Source of the DNA: Candidatus Omnitrophota bacterium
Lineage (GTDB): Bacteria; Omnitrophota; Gorgyraeia; Zapsychrales; JBAZNR01
Reading direction: 5' to 3'
Assembly (NCBI GenBank): GCA_041649175.1
Contig: JBAZNR010000002.1
Location: forward strand, 321,766 to 385,765
DNA: 64,000 bases
In this document: piece after piece, positions 37,838 through 48,194 of the stretch
Position numbering within the stretch: the stretch's first letter is position 1
How the letters are laid out: every line of letters starts with the position of its first letter
Made by a program: the position numbers and the translations under genes
Notes under the pieces: generated by a model
What the model saw: the letters and a program-made list of their open reading frames with translations, nothing else
Database searches by the model: none
What the model was told of the DNA's origin: nothing

Positions 37838-38224
37838 TTATTTTATGATCCGGTTAAAATCGTCTTGGATGCGAATAATATCGTCTTCTCCTAAATATTT
37901 TCCGCAAGCAACTTCGATAAAAACCAGATCTTTTTTTCCGGTATTGCCGATGCGATGGACCGCACCCAGCGGAACATCAACAACTGTTCCGGGAACAACC
38001 GCTAGTTTCTTCTTATTAACAACAGCTAATCCACGTCCTTCAACAATGATCCATTTTTCAGAACGGTGTTGATGCTTCTGAAGGCTCAAGCGGCATTTTG
38101 ACTTGACTTTAACACGCTTAACCCAAACTTTTGGTTCATAGAAAAGCATGCGGTATTCGCCCCAAGGACGAACAGAATGTTTCTTATTAAACCGAGGGAT
38201 CTTTCTTTTACTTTTCTTAAGCAT
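37838..38224 (-). CDS. Cupin-fold protein (mannose-6-phosphate isomerase C-terminal-like)
   Basis: RPWGEY ... conserved His residues typical of the cupin 2 barrel. Confidence 0.5.
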   Translation of the reverse strand: MLKKSKRKIPRFNKKHSVRPWGEYRMLFYEPKVWVKRVKVKSKCRLSLQKHQHRSEKWIIVEGRGLAVVNKKKLAVVPGTVVDVPLGAVHRIGNTGKKDLVFIEVACGKYLGEDDIIRIQDDFNRIIK

Positions 38225-38236
38225 ATTCTTAATTGA

Positions 38237-38623
38237 CTATAACCGATTCATAATATTGTCTAAGATCTCGCGGGATCGGACCTCATCGCCAAGCGTGCCG
38301 ACGCGGATCGCAACCTTGGTTAGATCCTTCGAAACATGTTCGATATCGATCCAGACATGTTTTCCATCAGCATATTTTGATTCGATCTTGGCCGTCGTCT
38401 TATCTTTGTTGTCAACCAAAATCGGCAACTCTAATTTCTTTAACGCGAGAATTGATGCCCGATGTACACGGTCAACCGAAGCGTTCAACTGTTGCTCAAG
38501 TTTTCCGGTAACCCATATCATGCCGCCGGCTCCGGCCGCCGCACCGACCAAAAGTGGAAAACAACCAGAAAGCTGAAAAGACAGCAACGCTGCTACTGCT
38601 GCCAAAGATATCTTATTTTTCAT
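38237..38623 (-). CDS. Hypothetical lipoprotein
   Basis: Signal peptide with LSGC lipobox. Confidence 0.35.
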   Translation of the reverse strand: MKNKISLAAVAALLSFQLSGCFPLLVGAAAGAGGMIWVTGKLEQQLNASVDRVHRASILALKKLELPILVDNKDKTTAKIESKYADGKHVWIDIEHVSKDLTKVAIRVGTLGDEVRSREILDNIMNRL

Positions 38624-38640
38624 CAGTTCCTCCTTTAGGA

Positions 38641-39936
38641 TCAATGATCCTTGTTTATTCTACTAAAAAATATTTTTATTGCTCCTAATAAATCATTTAA
38701 ATTTTTAGACGTATGCGCTCCGGAAATAAAAAATGTTTCAAGCTCGGCCGGCGGCCAATAAATTCCGGCTTGAAGCAATTCCCGGAATAATTGCCGGTAT
38801 AATTTTGATGAAGATTTATTTTGCGCATCGCTATAATTTTCAGCGCCATTTCGCCCAAACCGAATGCTCAACATTGACCCATAACACGATAAAGACGCAT
38901 TAATTTGATCGGCCTTAAAATATTGGTTCACTTTTTTTGAGAACTCATCCGATATCTTATTTAAACGCGAGTAAAATGACTTGGTGAGAATTTCCAGCGT
39001 AGCAATTCCTGCGCTCATAACAACCGGATTTCCCGCAAATGTTCCTGCCTGATAAACACCGCCTTCGGGTGCCAAGCAATTCATAATATCATTTCGCCCG
39101 CCGTACGCACCAACAGGAAACCCACCGCCGATAATTTTCCCTAAGCAGGTCAGATCCGGAATAATTCCAGTATCACACTGAACACCGCCTCGGCTTAAAC
39201 GGTATCCGCTCATCACTTCATCAAAAATAAGGACAATACGATATTTCTTTGTCAAATACCGCAAGGCCTTTAAGAAATCCTTATTTGCCCGCACAACGCC
39301 CATATTTCCGGCTACAGGTTCCAAAATGACACAAGCAACTTGCTTATGAAAACGCTCAATGGTTTCCGTTGCTTTTTGAATATCGTTAAATGGAAGGCTG
39401 ATCGTTTCTTTAATATGGTTTTGCGTGATCCCTAAGCTTGAAGAACTTTTTAAATTCGCAACCCCCGAACCGGCCTTGATCAAGAGATCATCAAAATGCC
39501 CGTGATAACAACCGTCAAATTTGACGATCATATTTTTCCTGGTAAAACCTCGGGCAAGCCGAATAGCGCTCATGGTTGCTTCCGTTCCGGAATTAACAAA
39601 ACGAATTTTTTCTATCGAAGGAACATCCCGTACGATAACTTGAGCTAAGGTAATTTCCGGCTTCGTTGTTGTCCCGAAACTTGATCCCGAGAGGACAGCC
39701 GTACGAACAGCCTTTACAACATTTGGATGCGCGTGGCCAACGATCAAAGCACCCCAAGACAAACAATAGTCGATGTAGGAATTATTATCCACATCAAAGA
39801 ATTTTGCTCCGTGTCCACGCCTTATCACAAGCGGATCGCCGCCCACCGCCATAAAGGAGCGGACCGGGCTATTAACACCGCCGACTAAAACTTTTCGAGC
39901 TTGCGTAAATAATTTTATTGATCTTTGGATAGCCAT
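38641..39936 (-). CDS. hemL: Glutamate-1-semialdehyde 2,1-aminomutase
   Basis: VGGVNSPVR N-terminal motif, class III aminotransferase fold, 431 aa. Confidence 0.9.
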   Translation of the reverse strand: MAIQRSIKLFTQARKVLVGGVNSPVRSFMAVGGDPLVIRRGHGAKFFDVDNNSYIDYCLSWGALIVGHAHPNVVKAVRTAVLSGSSFGTTTKPEITLAQVIVRDVPSIEKIRFVNSGTEATMSAIRLARGFTRKNMIVKFDGCYHGHFDDLLIKAGSGVANLKSSSSLGITQNHIKETISLPFNDIQKATETIERFHKQVACVILEPVAGNMGVVRANKDFLKALRYLTKKYRIVLIFDEVMSGYRLSRGGVQCDTGIIPDLTCLGKIIGGGFPVGAYGGRNDIMNCLAPEGGVYQAGTFAGNPVVMSAGIATLEILTKSFYSRLNKISDEFSKKVNQYFKADQINASLSCYGSMLSIRFGRNGAENYSDAQNKSSSKLYRQLFRELLQAGIYWPPAELETFFISGAHTSKNLNDLLGAIKIFFSRINKDH

Positions 39937-40880
39937 TTTAAAATATCCGCTGCATGATAAGAGATAATAACGCCTGCTCCCGCCCTTTTAATGGCCGTCA
40001 GACTTTCCAAGACAACATCACGTTCATTGATCCAATTCTTTGCGGCAGCGGCTTTGATCATGGAATATTCCCCGCTGACGCTATACGCAGCAATTGGCAC
40101 ATTAAATTGAGATTTAAGAGAAGCAATGATATCCAGATAGGCCAATGCCGGCTTAACCATGATCACATCAGCGCCCTCTTTAATATCTTGTTTTGCTTCT
40201 TTTAAAGCCTCCCGGGAATTTGCCGGATCCATTTGATAAGATTTGCGGTCGCCAAAATGCGGCGTCGATTCGGCCGCGTCGCGAAATGGGCCATAGAATG
40301 ACGATGCGTATTTAACCGCGTACGACATGATCGCCGTATCCTGAAATCCATTAGCGTCTAGATCTTCTCTAATTTGTTTGACTCTTAGATCCATCATATC
40401 CGACGGCGCAACAATGTCGGCTCCGGCCGCGGCATGTGACACAGCCGCTTTCCCAAGGATCTTGATCGTTTCATCATTATCCACATAATTATCCCGGACA
40501 ATTCCGCAATGGCCATGGTTCGTATAGCCGCATAAGCACACATCAGTGATAACCAAAAATCCTGGAAAATTTTTCTTGACCGCTTTAACAGCCTTTTGAA
40601 CAATTCCCGCGGGAGAATAAGCCGATGTTGCGTTTGCGTCTTTTTTACTGCCAACGCCAAAGAATAATCCGGCATGCCCACCGAGTTTTTGATATTGCTC
40701 AATGCTCCGCAAAAGATTATCTGTTGAATGGCGGTAGATTCCAGGCATTGACGCGATCGCTTCTTTTTTACTGCTTCCATCAACAACAAAGAAAGGCTGG
40801 ATCAACTCCTCCGAAGAAATTCTAGTCTCCCGAAAAAGACGCCGCATTGTTTCATTTTTTCTTAAACGACGAAATCTCAT
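39915..40880 (-). CDS. hemB: Porphobilinogen synthase (ALA dehydratase)
   Basis: About 320 aa with HemB-like motifs including the active-site Lys region (VMVKPA). Confidence 0.88.
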   Translation of the reverse strand: MRFRRLRKNETMRRLFRETRISSEELIQPFFVVDGSSKKEAIASMPGIYRHSTDNLLRSIEQYQKLGGHAGLFFGVGSKKDANATSAYSPAGIVQKAVKAVKKNFPGFLVITDVCLCGYTNHGHCGIVRDNYVDNDETIKILGKAAVSHAAAGADIVAPSDMMDLRVKQIREDLDANGFQDTAIMSYAVKYASSFYGPFRDAAESTPHFGDRKSYQMDPANSREALKEAKQDIKEGADVIMVKPALAYLDIIASLKSQFNVPIAAYSVSGEYSMIKAAAAKNWINERDVVLESLTAIKRAGAGVIISYHAADILKWLSKDQ

Positions 40881-40881
40881 G

Positions 40882-42951
40882 TCAGCTTAATACCTCGCTT
40901 TCATACCCTAACAATTTTAACGCTTCTTGGGTTAACGGGCCTTTAGCAAAAATATTCCATTCTTTGGGGATCACGCGAAAATCCGCAAGAAAATTATTTA
41001 CAGTAGACGGACTGGTAAATATTATGGCATTAATTTTTTCTTTGGGAATATTTTTCTTCGCCGGTTTTTGGTTCTTATAAATTGCGACTTCGTGGATAAC
41101 CGCCCCTCTTTTCAAAAGCTCTCTTTTCAGATACGGATTGGAAAGGTTCGAACGAGGAAAAAGTATTTTGATCCCTTTCAGAATGAAAAACTTTTCCAAG
41201 GCTTTTAAAAGCCCTTGGCTCGTCTCAGGAAAAGCAGTTACCTTAGGATAGATGCCAGCTTTAATAAGCGCATCCGCCGTGTCTCGGCCGATAACGGCAA
41301 AATCATTTTCTTTGAACTTCCGAACGGAACATTTCGCCTTCCGCGCGGATTTTAAGAAATACTCAACCGCGAACCGGCTAGTTAAGATAATAAGCTGCGA
41401 GCTTTGTATACGCTTCGACAGGCTCGCTAAATCCTTTCTTGAGAATTTTATTTCCGAAATAGCGATCATGGGAAAATGAATGATCTTTCCCAGTGATGCA
41501 TATTTCCGGGGATGCGTTCCCAAATAAAGAAATGTCGGCTTCCCAGAGAATTCATTGTTGGCCTGCGCTTCCTTTTTCCAGAATTTAACAACTCCCCCCA
41601 CAATGATTAAAGCCGGTGGATCAATGTTAATTTTGCGCGCGATTTGCACGATCGTCGCAATTGTCCCAACGGCGATCTTTTCTTCAGGATAAGTTCCCCG
41701 GGAAACGATCATGACGGGAGTTTCGTTTTTCCATCCTGCTTTCTTTAACGACCGGATAATGGCCGGTAATTTGCTTAGCGCCATAAGAAAAACGATAGTA
41801 TCTGTTTTCGGAATTACGATGTTTCCTGCATTATCTCTCCCCTCATCCGCGCCATGACCGCTAAGAAAAGCAACAGACGATGAAATGCCGCGCGCCGTCA
41901 AAGGAATACCCAGCGCTGACGGAATTCCGGTGACCGAGCTAACACCCGGAATGATTTCAACCGGAATATGGTGAGATCTTAAATACTGGATCTCATCCGC
42001 TCCGCGGCCAAAAATGAGAGGATCGCCGCCTTTTAAGCGCACAACATTTTTCCCGTCCATAGCCGCCACGCGCAACATCCTGGAAAGCTCCGGTTGCGGC
42101 AAAGAGTGGCTGCCTTTTCGTTTTCCGGAATAAATTTTCTCAGCTCCTTTGGCATGATCAAGCAAACTTCGACTTGTTAGATAATCGTAGAAAACAATGT
42201 CTGCCTTTTTTAATGCCTCAACGGCCTTGACCGTTATTAAACCCGGATCTCCCGGGCCCGCCCCCACCAAAGAAACACATCCATATTTCTTGCGTGCGTC
42301 CATCGAGGAAAAAATATCTTTAAGCCAAGCATCACGGTCTCTACCCACAACCGCCAGCTGGCCTTGGAGCGGTGTCGCTTCATAGGGCAAAATTTCGGTA
42401 ATCAAATGCTCAAGCTTAAGTCTTTTTAAAGCACACGTCGCAATAATAACGCCGTCCAGTCTTCCGCCTTGAACCTGTTTAATTCTTTCATCAATATTAC
42501 CGCGTACTTCAACCGTTTTTACATTTGGATTTAACCGCAAAATAGCCTCACGCCTGGAAGGGCTACTCGTCCCGATCTTAGCGCCTTTTTTAAGCCGGGA
42601 TATTTTATCCTTGCCGACAAACGCATCCGTTTCATCCAAAGGATCAGTAAGGGCAAAAATAGATAACCCCGCTGGCAGCTCTTGCGGCAGGTCTTTCGCG
42701 CTATGAATGGCAATGTCAATTTTCTCAGAAAGGATGGCACTATCTAAGGTATCTGTAAAGAAATTATCAGCGCTGTGCGACAAAGATGTTTTTTTATCCT
42801 TGTCCCCTCTTGTATCAAATATTTTGTGGACATGCGGCAACCTAATGCCCCTTCCTTTAAGCAAAAGAAGGATCTCTTCAACTTGCACTAAAGCTAGGCG
42901 GCTGCCGCGAGAACCAATTCTAATTTTTCGCGTGCTGATAGCTTTTTTCAT
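40882..42951 (-). CDS. Tri-domain fusion: HemC-like N-terminal domains (about 215 aa) + uroporphyrinogen-III C-methyltransferase + uroporphyrinogen-III synthase
   Basis: IRIGSRGSRLALVQ and GTSSPSRR (HemC domains 1-2), VGAGPGDPGLIT (SUMT), C-terminal HemD-like about 230 aa. Uninterrupted 689-aa ORF. Confidence 0.6.
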   Translation of the reverse strand: MKKAISTRKIRIGSRGSRLALVQVEEILLLLKGRGIRLPHVHKIFDTRGDKDKKTSLSHSADNFFTDTLDSAILSEKIDIAIHSAKDLPQELPAGLSIFALTDPLDETDAFVGKDKISRLKKGAKIGTSSPSRREAILRLNPNVKTVEVRGNIDERIKQVQGGRLDGVIIATCALKRLKLEHLITEILPYEATPLQGQLAVVGRDRDAWLKDIFSSMDARKKYGCVSLVGAGPGDPGLITVKAVEALKKADIVFYDYLTSRSLLDHAKGAEKIYSGKRKGSHSLPQPELSRMLRVAAMDGKNVVRLKGGDPLIFGRGADEIQYLRSHHIPVEIIPGVSSVTGIPSALGIPLTARGISSSVAFLSGHGADEGRDNAGNIVIPKTDTIVFLMALSKLPAIIRSLKKAGWKNETPVMIVSRGTYPEEKIAVGTIATIVQIARKINIDPPALIIVGGVVKFWKKEAQANNEFSGKPTFLYLGTHPRKYASLGKIIHFPMIAISEIKFSRKDLASLSKRIQSSQLIILTSRFAVEYFLKSARKAKCSVRKFKENDFAVIGRDTADALIKAGIYPKVTAFPETSQGLLKALEKFFILKGIKILFPRSNLSNPYLKRELLKRGAVIHEVAIYKNQKPAKKNIPKEKINAIIFTSPSTVNNFLADFRVIPKEWNIFAKGPLTQEALKLLGYESEVLS

Positions 42952-43415
42952 GCTGATTTTTCCCTGAGCATATTTTTAATCGAATTACGAATATGGGCGC
43001 TACGGCCGGGATCAAGCCCGGATGTTGAAACGGCAATAATTAATTTCCGCTTTTTGTAAACAGCCGGCGATATGAAACTTGACCGGCGATGATCATCCGC
43101 CACATTGACCAATAACTTCTTTTTCTTGGCTAATTTCTCAATACGATGATTGAGAGCTAAATTATCCGTACACGCATAAATAAGTTGATGCCCGGCTAAA
43201 TCGGAGTTCGTAAAGCGTCGAACCATTAAACAGATTTTCTTTCGATGACCCAAGTGAACAATTCTTGGCAAGGGTTCTTTAGCGACAACCGTAATTCGCG
43301 CTTTAAATTTAACTAAATTCTTTAGTTTTTGCAAAGCAATTTTACCGCCCCCCACTATAAGAATCTTGCAGGAAGCGGAGTCAATAAAAACCGGAAAATA
43401 ACTTTTGCTAAGCAT
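42948..43415 (-). CDS. sirC: Precorrin-2 dehydrogenase / sirohydrochlorin ferrochelatase (CysG N-terminal-like)
   Basis: ILIVGGGKIALQK Rossmann motif. Internal ATG at 43415 chosen. Confidence 0.55.
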   Translation of the reverse strand: MLSKSYFPVFIDSASCKILIVGGGKIALQKLKNLVKFKARITVVAKEPLPRIVHLGHRKKICLMVRRFTNSDLAGHQLIYACTDNLALNHRIEKLAKKKKLLVNVADDHRRSSFISPAVYKKRKLIIAVSTSGLDPGRSAHIRNSIKNMLREKSA

Positions 43416-43419
43416 AAGA

Positions 43420-45510
43420 TTATTCGCTGATAAGTTTCTTGATGGCAGGAAGCATTTTTTGAGTGGCCTCTTCGCCGCTTTTGATGAGATGATCAACGCG
43501 GTAGAGTTCAAACCAGCTAACGCCGGATAGATCCGGATGAATGACAACATCCGCCTGCTGAGCGCTCTGCTCCGCAATAACATATTCGGTCGCCTGAAGG
43601 CTGCAAACAATAATGTCAAATATGTTCGGCAGAAAAAGACGGGTCAAAAGCCGATTAAGGCGAACAGCTAAATAGCGATAAGGAGATCTTAAAAACGGAA
43701 TGCTTTCTTCCTTAAGCAATTGCGCCTGAGATATCTCATATCCTTTAGAAACATCATACGGCGACTGCAAGACATTAACAGCGATGATACGCTTTATTCC
43801 AAGATCCGTTAAAACATTTGTAGGCAAGGGATTAACAACGCCCCCGTCAATAATGACTTGATCATCTTTAATGACCGGAGTGATCAATCCCGGAATCGCA
43901 ATGCTCTGACGAACAGCGTCTACCAAGCGTCCGGTATCAAGCACCAGTTCTTCGCGCTTTACCAGATCATAAGAAACGATCTTTAAGGGCAGCCATGTGC
44001 TATAAAATGTCTTGTCTCCTAAATGTTTTTCTAGCCAACGCGTCATATTGGTACCGCGAATAAATCCCGATTTAGACGGCAGGATAATATCCAAAAGTTT
44101 CATGATGGATAATTTCTTTTCAAACTCTCTGGCAACATTCTCTAATTCTTGCGCATTTTTTCCAATCGCCCATAAACTTCCGATCACAGCACCAATGCTA
44201 CTGCCGATCACGATATCAACCGGAATATTCTCTTTTTCTAAAACCCTAATAACACCGATATGCGCAATCCCTAGCGCCGCCCCGCCACCTAAGACAAGCC
44301 CGACGAGAACACCGCCTATCCGCCGCGAGATCCTCGTTACTGTTTTTGAATATTCGCTTTTTAAATGCGGCGCAATAACTGTCAATGATTCCGAAACAAT
44401 GGCAACATTTAGTTCTTGATGCGTAATAAAAGGCAACGTCGCATAAACATCATGGTGGATGATCTTGCTGATCTCCCCAAGAGGTAAATGCGGCTTTGGG
44501 TCCAAGCGGCTGATAATCACCCTCACCTTTTCTTTGATAAAATTTTGAGGAAGTGTCTTTTCCAACCGCTCAAGAACTTGCCGTGTCAAATGCATATCTT
44601 CATGATGATCGAGCCCAACCAAATGAACGATGTCGGATTGCGTTAAAGTCGTAAAAACCACATCGTCCATCTCCGTCGGCAGATCAACGATCACATAATT
44701 ATAATCGTTGGCCAAAAGACTGACAAAAGGACTGATCTGGCCCACCAGCCATGAGTCCTGCGGATTAAAGACAACATTGAGCAAGTCGATCTTTAATTCT
44801 CCGCGCGAAATACTACGCAGTACTTTTTCGTGATTGCCGGCAATGTTCTTAAGTTCAATGGGCTCTTTTTTCCAACGAGGCGTTGATTCTCCGGCTTCCG
44901 AAGAACGCTGCGCCGATTCTTTGGGCAAATCGGAATTTATGCTCACAAAGATAACTTTCTTAGAAGTTTCTCGCTCTAAGCTAAGTGCCAAATTAATGGC
45001 ATACGTTGAGCTGCCTGCCCCTTTTGTAGAGCTATAAACTGAGATGATATTATTCTCGGATGATGCCCGGGAATGAAGCGCTTCGCTCTTGATCCGTCGG
45101 GCAAGGCTATGGCTTAACTCGACCGCTAGACGCGGAACCAGATCTAAAACAGAAGAAAAATCTTCTTTCTCAAATTTTAGAATAACCGAATCATTCACCG
45201 CTTCAAAGGTAAGAGGATATTGACCTGAAGGAAGAAGCGAGATAACGCCAAAATACATCCCCTTGCGGACATATTCCACCGCCATCTTTTCCCCGCTCGC
45301 CTTGACAACATAAGCCTGCAAGCGGCCGGAAACCAGACAGTAAAAAGCATCCGGAGAACTGCCTTCCTTACAAATGATCTCCCCCTTTTTATACTCAACA
45401 AGGGAGGATTTTTTGGCAATAATCCTTAACTCATACCATCGCAAATTGCTAAACAACGGTATTTGCTTAATGAGGGAAAACTTTCCTAATATTTTTGAGA
45501 GAACGCCCAT
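43420..45510 (-). CDS. Cyclic-nucleotide-binding domain + degenerate MinD/ParA-like domain + patatin-like phospholipase
   Basis: N-terminal cNMP-binding fold. Middle region has TKGAGSST (Walker A lacking the conserved Lys) and YVIVDLP. C-terminal region has GGGAALG, GSSIG (GxSxG) and IDGGVVNPLP (DGG). Confidence 0.6.
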   Translation of the reverse strand: MGVLSKILGKFSLIKQIPLFSNLRWYELRIIAKKSSLVEYKKGEIICKEGSSPDAFYCLVSGRLQAYVVKASGEKMAVEYVRKGMYFGVISLLPSGQYPLTFEAVNDSVILKFEKEDFSSVLDLVPRLAVELSHSLARRIKSEALHSRASSENNIISVYSSTKGAGSSTYAINLALSLERETSKKVIFVSINSDLPKESAQRSSEAGESTPRWKKEPIELKNIAGNHEKVLRSISRGELKIDLLNVVFNPQDSWLVGQISPFVSLLANDYNYVIVDLPTEMDDVVFTTLTQSDIVHLVGLDHHEDMHLTRQVLERLEKTLPQNFIKEKVRVIISRLDPKPHLPLGEISKIIHHDVYATLPFITHQELNVAIVSESLTVIAPHLKSEYSKTVTRISRRIGGVLVGLVLGGGAALGIAHIGVIRVLEKENIPVDIVIGSSIGAVIGSLWAIGKNAQELENVAREFEKKLSIMKLLDIILPSKSGFIRGTNMTRWLEKHLGDKTFYSTWLPLKIVSYDLVKREELVLDTGRLVDAVRQSIAIPGLITPVIKDDQVIIDGGVVNPLPTNVLTDLGIKRIIAVNVLQSPYDVSKGYEISQAQLLKEESIPFLRSPYRYLAVRLNRLLTRLFLPNIFDIIVCSLQATEYVIAEQSAQQADVVIHPDLSGVSWFELYRVDHLIKSGEEATQKMLPAIKKLISE

Positions 45511-45515
45511 AGTTT

Positions 45516-47375
45516 TTATTTTATGATGTCATTTTCTAGCCACGTATACTCGCCCGCCATAAGCCCTTTTGCAATATATCGGGATTTCTTATCGGTATTA
45601 ACCGAAATTCCTTTAAAATTTTCCTCAATTCTCTGACGAGCCTGACAACAAAAAACATCCGCCAGTCGAAGTGAATTTTCCTTATCTTTTGATTCCCTTG
45701 ACAAATGATCCGCATAGCTGCAAGCAGCCGCAATGGCAAAAAGATCAGATCCGATATCAACAAAACGGCTCAATAGCCCTTGTTTTGCTTCCAATTTCTT
45801 TTGATAAACCATCATTTGATGAAAAATATCCCGCGCTAAACGTTTCGACGCATTTTTCACAAAAACCATGTGCGACGAAAGCGACGAAGAAAGACCTTGT
45901 AAATCTGTAGCCACAATCGTCGGCATCCACAACTTCGGATACCATAACGCATAATAGGATAAAGCGCTTAACAAAGTCTTTATTTTTTCCTGGATAGAAG
46001 TCCTTGAATCAAAAAGCGACTTGCTCCGGCTCAGATGCGGATCAAGGGCTTCCCGAGCGATAAAAAGACGCATGATCTCGGTTGTCCCTTCAATGATCAA
46101 ATTGATCCGGACATCTCTTAACACGCGCTCGACCGGATACGGATCCATGCCACGCGCTTTAAGCGACGGAGCTGTTTCGTAACCCTGGCCGCCACGAATT
46201 TGCAATGTCTCATCCGTAATGCGCCAGCTATGCAATGTGCAAAAATGTTTCGCGATGGCAGCCTCAAGACGGATATCCCGATTTTTATCATCCGCCATCG
46301 CTGATGTCAGCCACGCCATAGCATCAATAGCAAAAGAATGGCTTGTGATATAGCCCAGCTTTAACGCAATGCTTTCATGCTCCCCTATGGGCCCGCCCCA
46401 TTGTTTTCGCTTAGCAGACCATTCCCGGGCTACTTTCAAACACCATTTAGAAATACCGGCTGAAGCTGCCGGAAGAGTTAGCCGCCCCGTGTTAAGCGTC
46501 ATCAGAGCAAGCTTTAGCCCTTCTCCTTCTCCTAAAATGATATTTTCTCTGGGAACTTTCAAATTGTTAAAGCGGATCAAGCCGTTTTGAATACCGTGCA
46601 AGCCCATAAATTGACAGCGCGAAACAATTTCAAAGCCCGGTGTATCTGTCTCGACAATAAAAGCCGTGATCTGCTTTTGCTCTTTCCCTCTAACGATTTT
46701 AGGCGGCGTAACCGCCATCACAACGACAACACCGGCAATAAGGCCGTTGGTACACCATAACTTTTCACCGTTAATGAGAAAATATTTTCCATCTTCGATC
46801 GGAGTGGCTGTCGTTCTCATTTGACGAGGATCGGATCCGGCTTCCGGCTCAGTGAGCGCAAAACCCGAAATCACTCCTTTAGCAAATTGAGGTAGATATT
46901 TTTTCTTCTGTTCCTGTGTTCCGAACAGCTTAAGCGGCTGAGGAACGCCGATACTTTGATGCGCGGACAAAAGAACAGCCGTGGAGCCGCAATAACTTGC
47001 GACCAGATGGATGATGCGATTATAGTTTGTCTGGCTGAATCCCAAACCGCCGTATTCCTGAGGAATTTTTATAGCGAAAGCTTTTAAATCAGCTAATCCT
47101 TGGATAACTTCCGGAGGAATTTCTCCGGTTTGATCAACCTTATCCGGGTCAAGCTTTGCCTTAAGAAGGTTTTCTATTTTTCCAAGAAACTCATCGCCGA
47201 TCTTTTTGTCTTCAGCAGATTGTGCCGGAAAAGGAAAAATCAATTTCCAGTCCAAAACACCATGAAATAATTTCAAAGCAAAGCTTGGATATTTCCATTC
47301 GCTTTCCCGAGAAGCTTCGGCTAATTCGAGCGAAGCACGTTTTTCCGCGCTGATATTTTTATCAAACATGCTCAT
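45516..47375 (-). CDS. Acyl-CoA dehydrogenase (long form)
   Basis: ACAD N-terminal, middle and C-terminal domains, QIRGGQGY motif. ATG 47375 preceded by AAGGAG. Confidence 0.85.
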   Translation of the reverse strand: MSMFDKNISAEKRASLELAEASRESEWKYPSFALKLFHGVLDWKLIFPFPAQSAEDKKIGDEFLGKIENLLKAKLDPDKVDQTGEIPPEVIQGLADLKAFAIKIPQEYGGLGFSQTNYNRIIHLVASYCGSTAVLLSAHQSIGVPQPLKLFGTQEQKKKYLPQFAKGVISGFALTEPEAGSDPRQMRTTATPIEDGKYFLINGEKLWCTNGLIAGVVVVMAVTPPKIVRGKEQKQITAFIVETDTPGFEIVSRCQFMGLHGIQNGLIRFNNLKVPRENIILGEGEGLKLALMTLNTGRLTLPAASAGISKWCLKVAREWSAKRKQWGGPIGEHESIALKLGYITSHSFAIDAMAWLTSAMADDKNRDIRLEAAIAKHFCTLHSWRITDETLQIRGGQGYETAPSLKARGMDPYPVERVLRDVRINLIIEGTTEIMRLFIAREALDPHLSRSKSLFDSRTSIQEKIKTLLSALSYYALWYPKLWMPTIVATDLQGLSSSLSSHMVFVKNASKRLARDIFHQMMVYQKKLEAKQGLLSRFVDIGSDLFAIAAACSYADHLSRESKDKENSLRLADVFCCQARQRIEENFKGISVNTDKKSRYIAKGLMAGEYTWLENDIIK

Positions 47376-47412
47376 TGCGCTCTCCTTTTTAAAAAACTGA
47401 TTAAAAATGTGA

Positions 47413-47706
47413 TCATTGCTTCTTCGATAGATATTTCTCAACAAGCTCTGAGACATTATCTTTTGTTACCCGACTATACCAAACTCCATCCGGATAAACC
47501 ATGATATTGACTCCCAGATTGCACTGCCCCAAGCATTTTGCTTGTGCGACGCGAATATCCGGATGCAATCCTTTCTCTTTCGCAATACGCCTTAACTCAC
47601 TAAACACTTCTTCACCGCCATGATCGCCGCAACTTGGCTTTGCTCCATGCTGATCGTTGGTGCAAACAAATATCTGTTTACTGTAAGGAATTTTCTTGTT
47701 TTCCAT
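47413..47706 (-). CDS. Thioredoxin-like [2Fe-2S] ferredoxin
   Basis: VCTNDQ ... SCGDHGG and KCLGQCNLG cysteine pattern. Confidence 0.5.
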   Translation of the reverse strand: MENKKIPYSKQIFVCTNDQHGAKPSCGDHGGEEVFSELRRIAKEKGLHPDIRVAQAKCLGQCNLGVNIMVYPDGVWYSRVTKDNVSELVEKYLSKKQ

Positions 47707-47736
47707 CGCTCCTCCTAACCCCATTTTAAGGATCCT

Positions 47737-48138
47737 TTATGGCAATTTATCAATAAGGGTGTTGATCCGGTCAATAATTTCTGAGGCATAATCTCCTTTG
47801 CGCAAATGGATGTGCGCTTTGGATTTCCCGGAAATTCTCTCATCAAGCTCTCTTAGAATCCGAGGAATAGCTCCGAGTAATTTATGAACAAATCGATAAG
47901 CCAAAATTCCAACTAACACAAAGTAATACGCAAGGAATATGGCCGCCACGATAAGAAAATCTTTTAAAAAATGAGTTGCCATTCCCGTCTTTAAGTAAGT
48001 ATGAACAAGGTCATAGAACATAAAATAAAAGAATCCCGTAATCAGCAAGAACGGAACAATGGCCGATATGAAAACAATTCTTAGGATCCGTGATTCAAAT
48101 TGATTGATCGAGAATATTTTACGATTTTTGTCGTTCAT
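47737..48138 (-). CDS. Hypothetical membrane protein (two TM segments + cytoplasmic helical tail)
   Basis: ORF only. Hydrophobic segments. Confidence 0.3.
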   Translation of the reverse strand: MNDKNRKIFSINQFESRILRIVFISAIVPFLLITGFFYFMFYDLVHTYLKTGMATHFLKDFLIVAAIFLAYYFVLVGILAYRFVHKLLGAIPRILRELDERISGKSKAHIHLRKGDYASEIIDRINTLIDKLP

Positions 48139-48194
48139 AGAAAATCTCCTTTTATCAAATAAATTTTTTAGCGTGCTCGATTAGAATCCGATCA

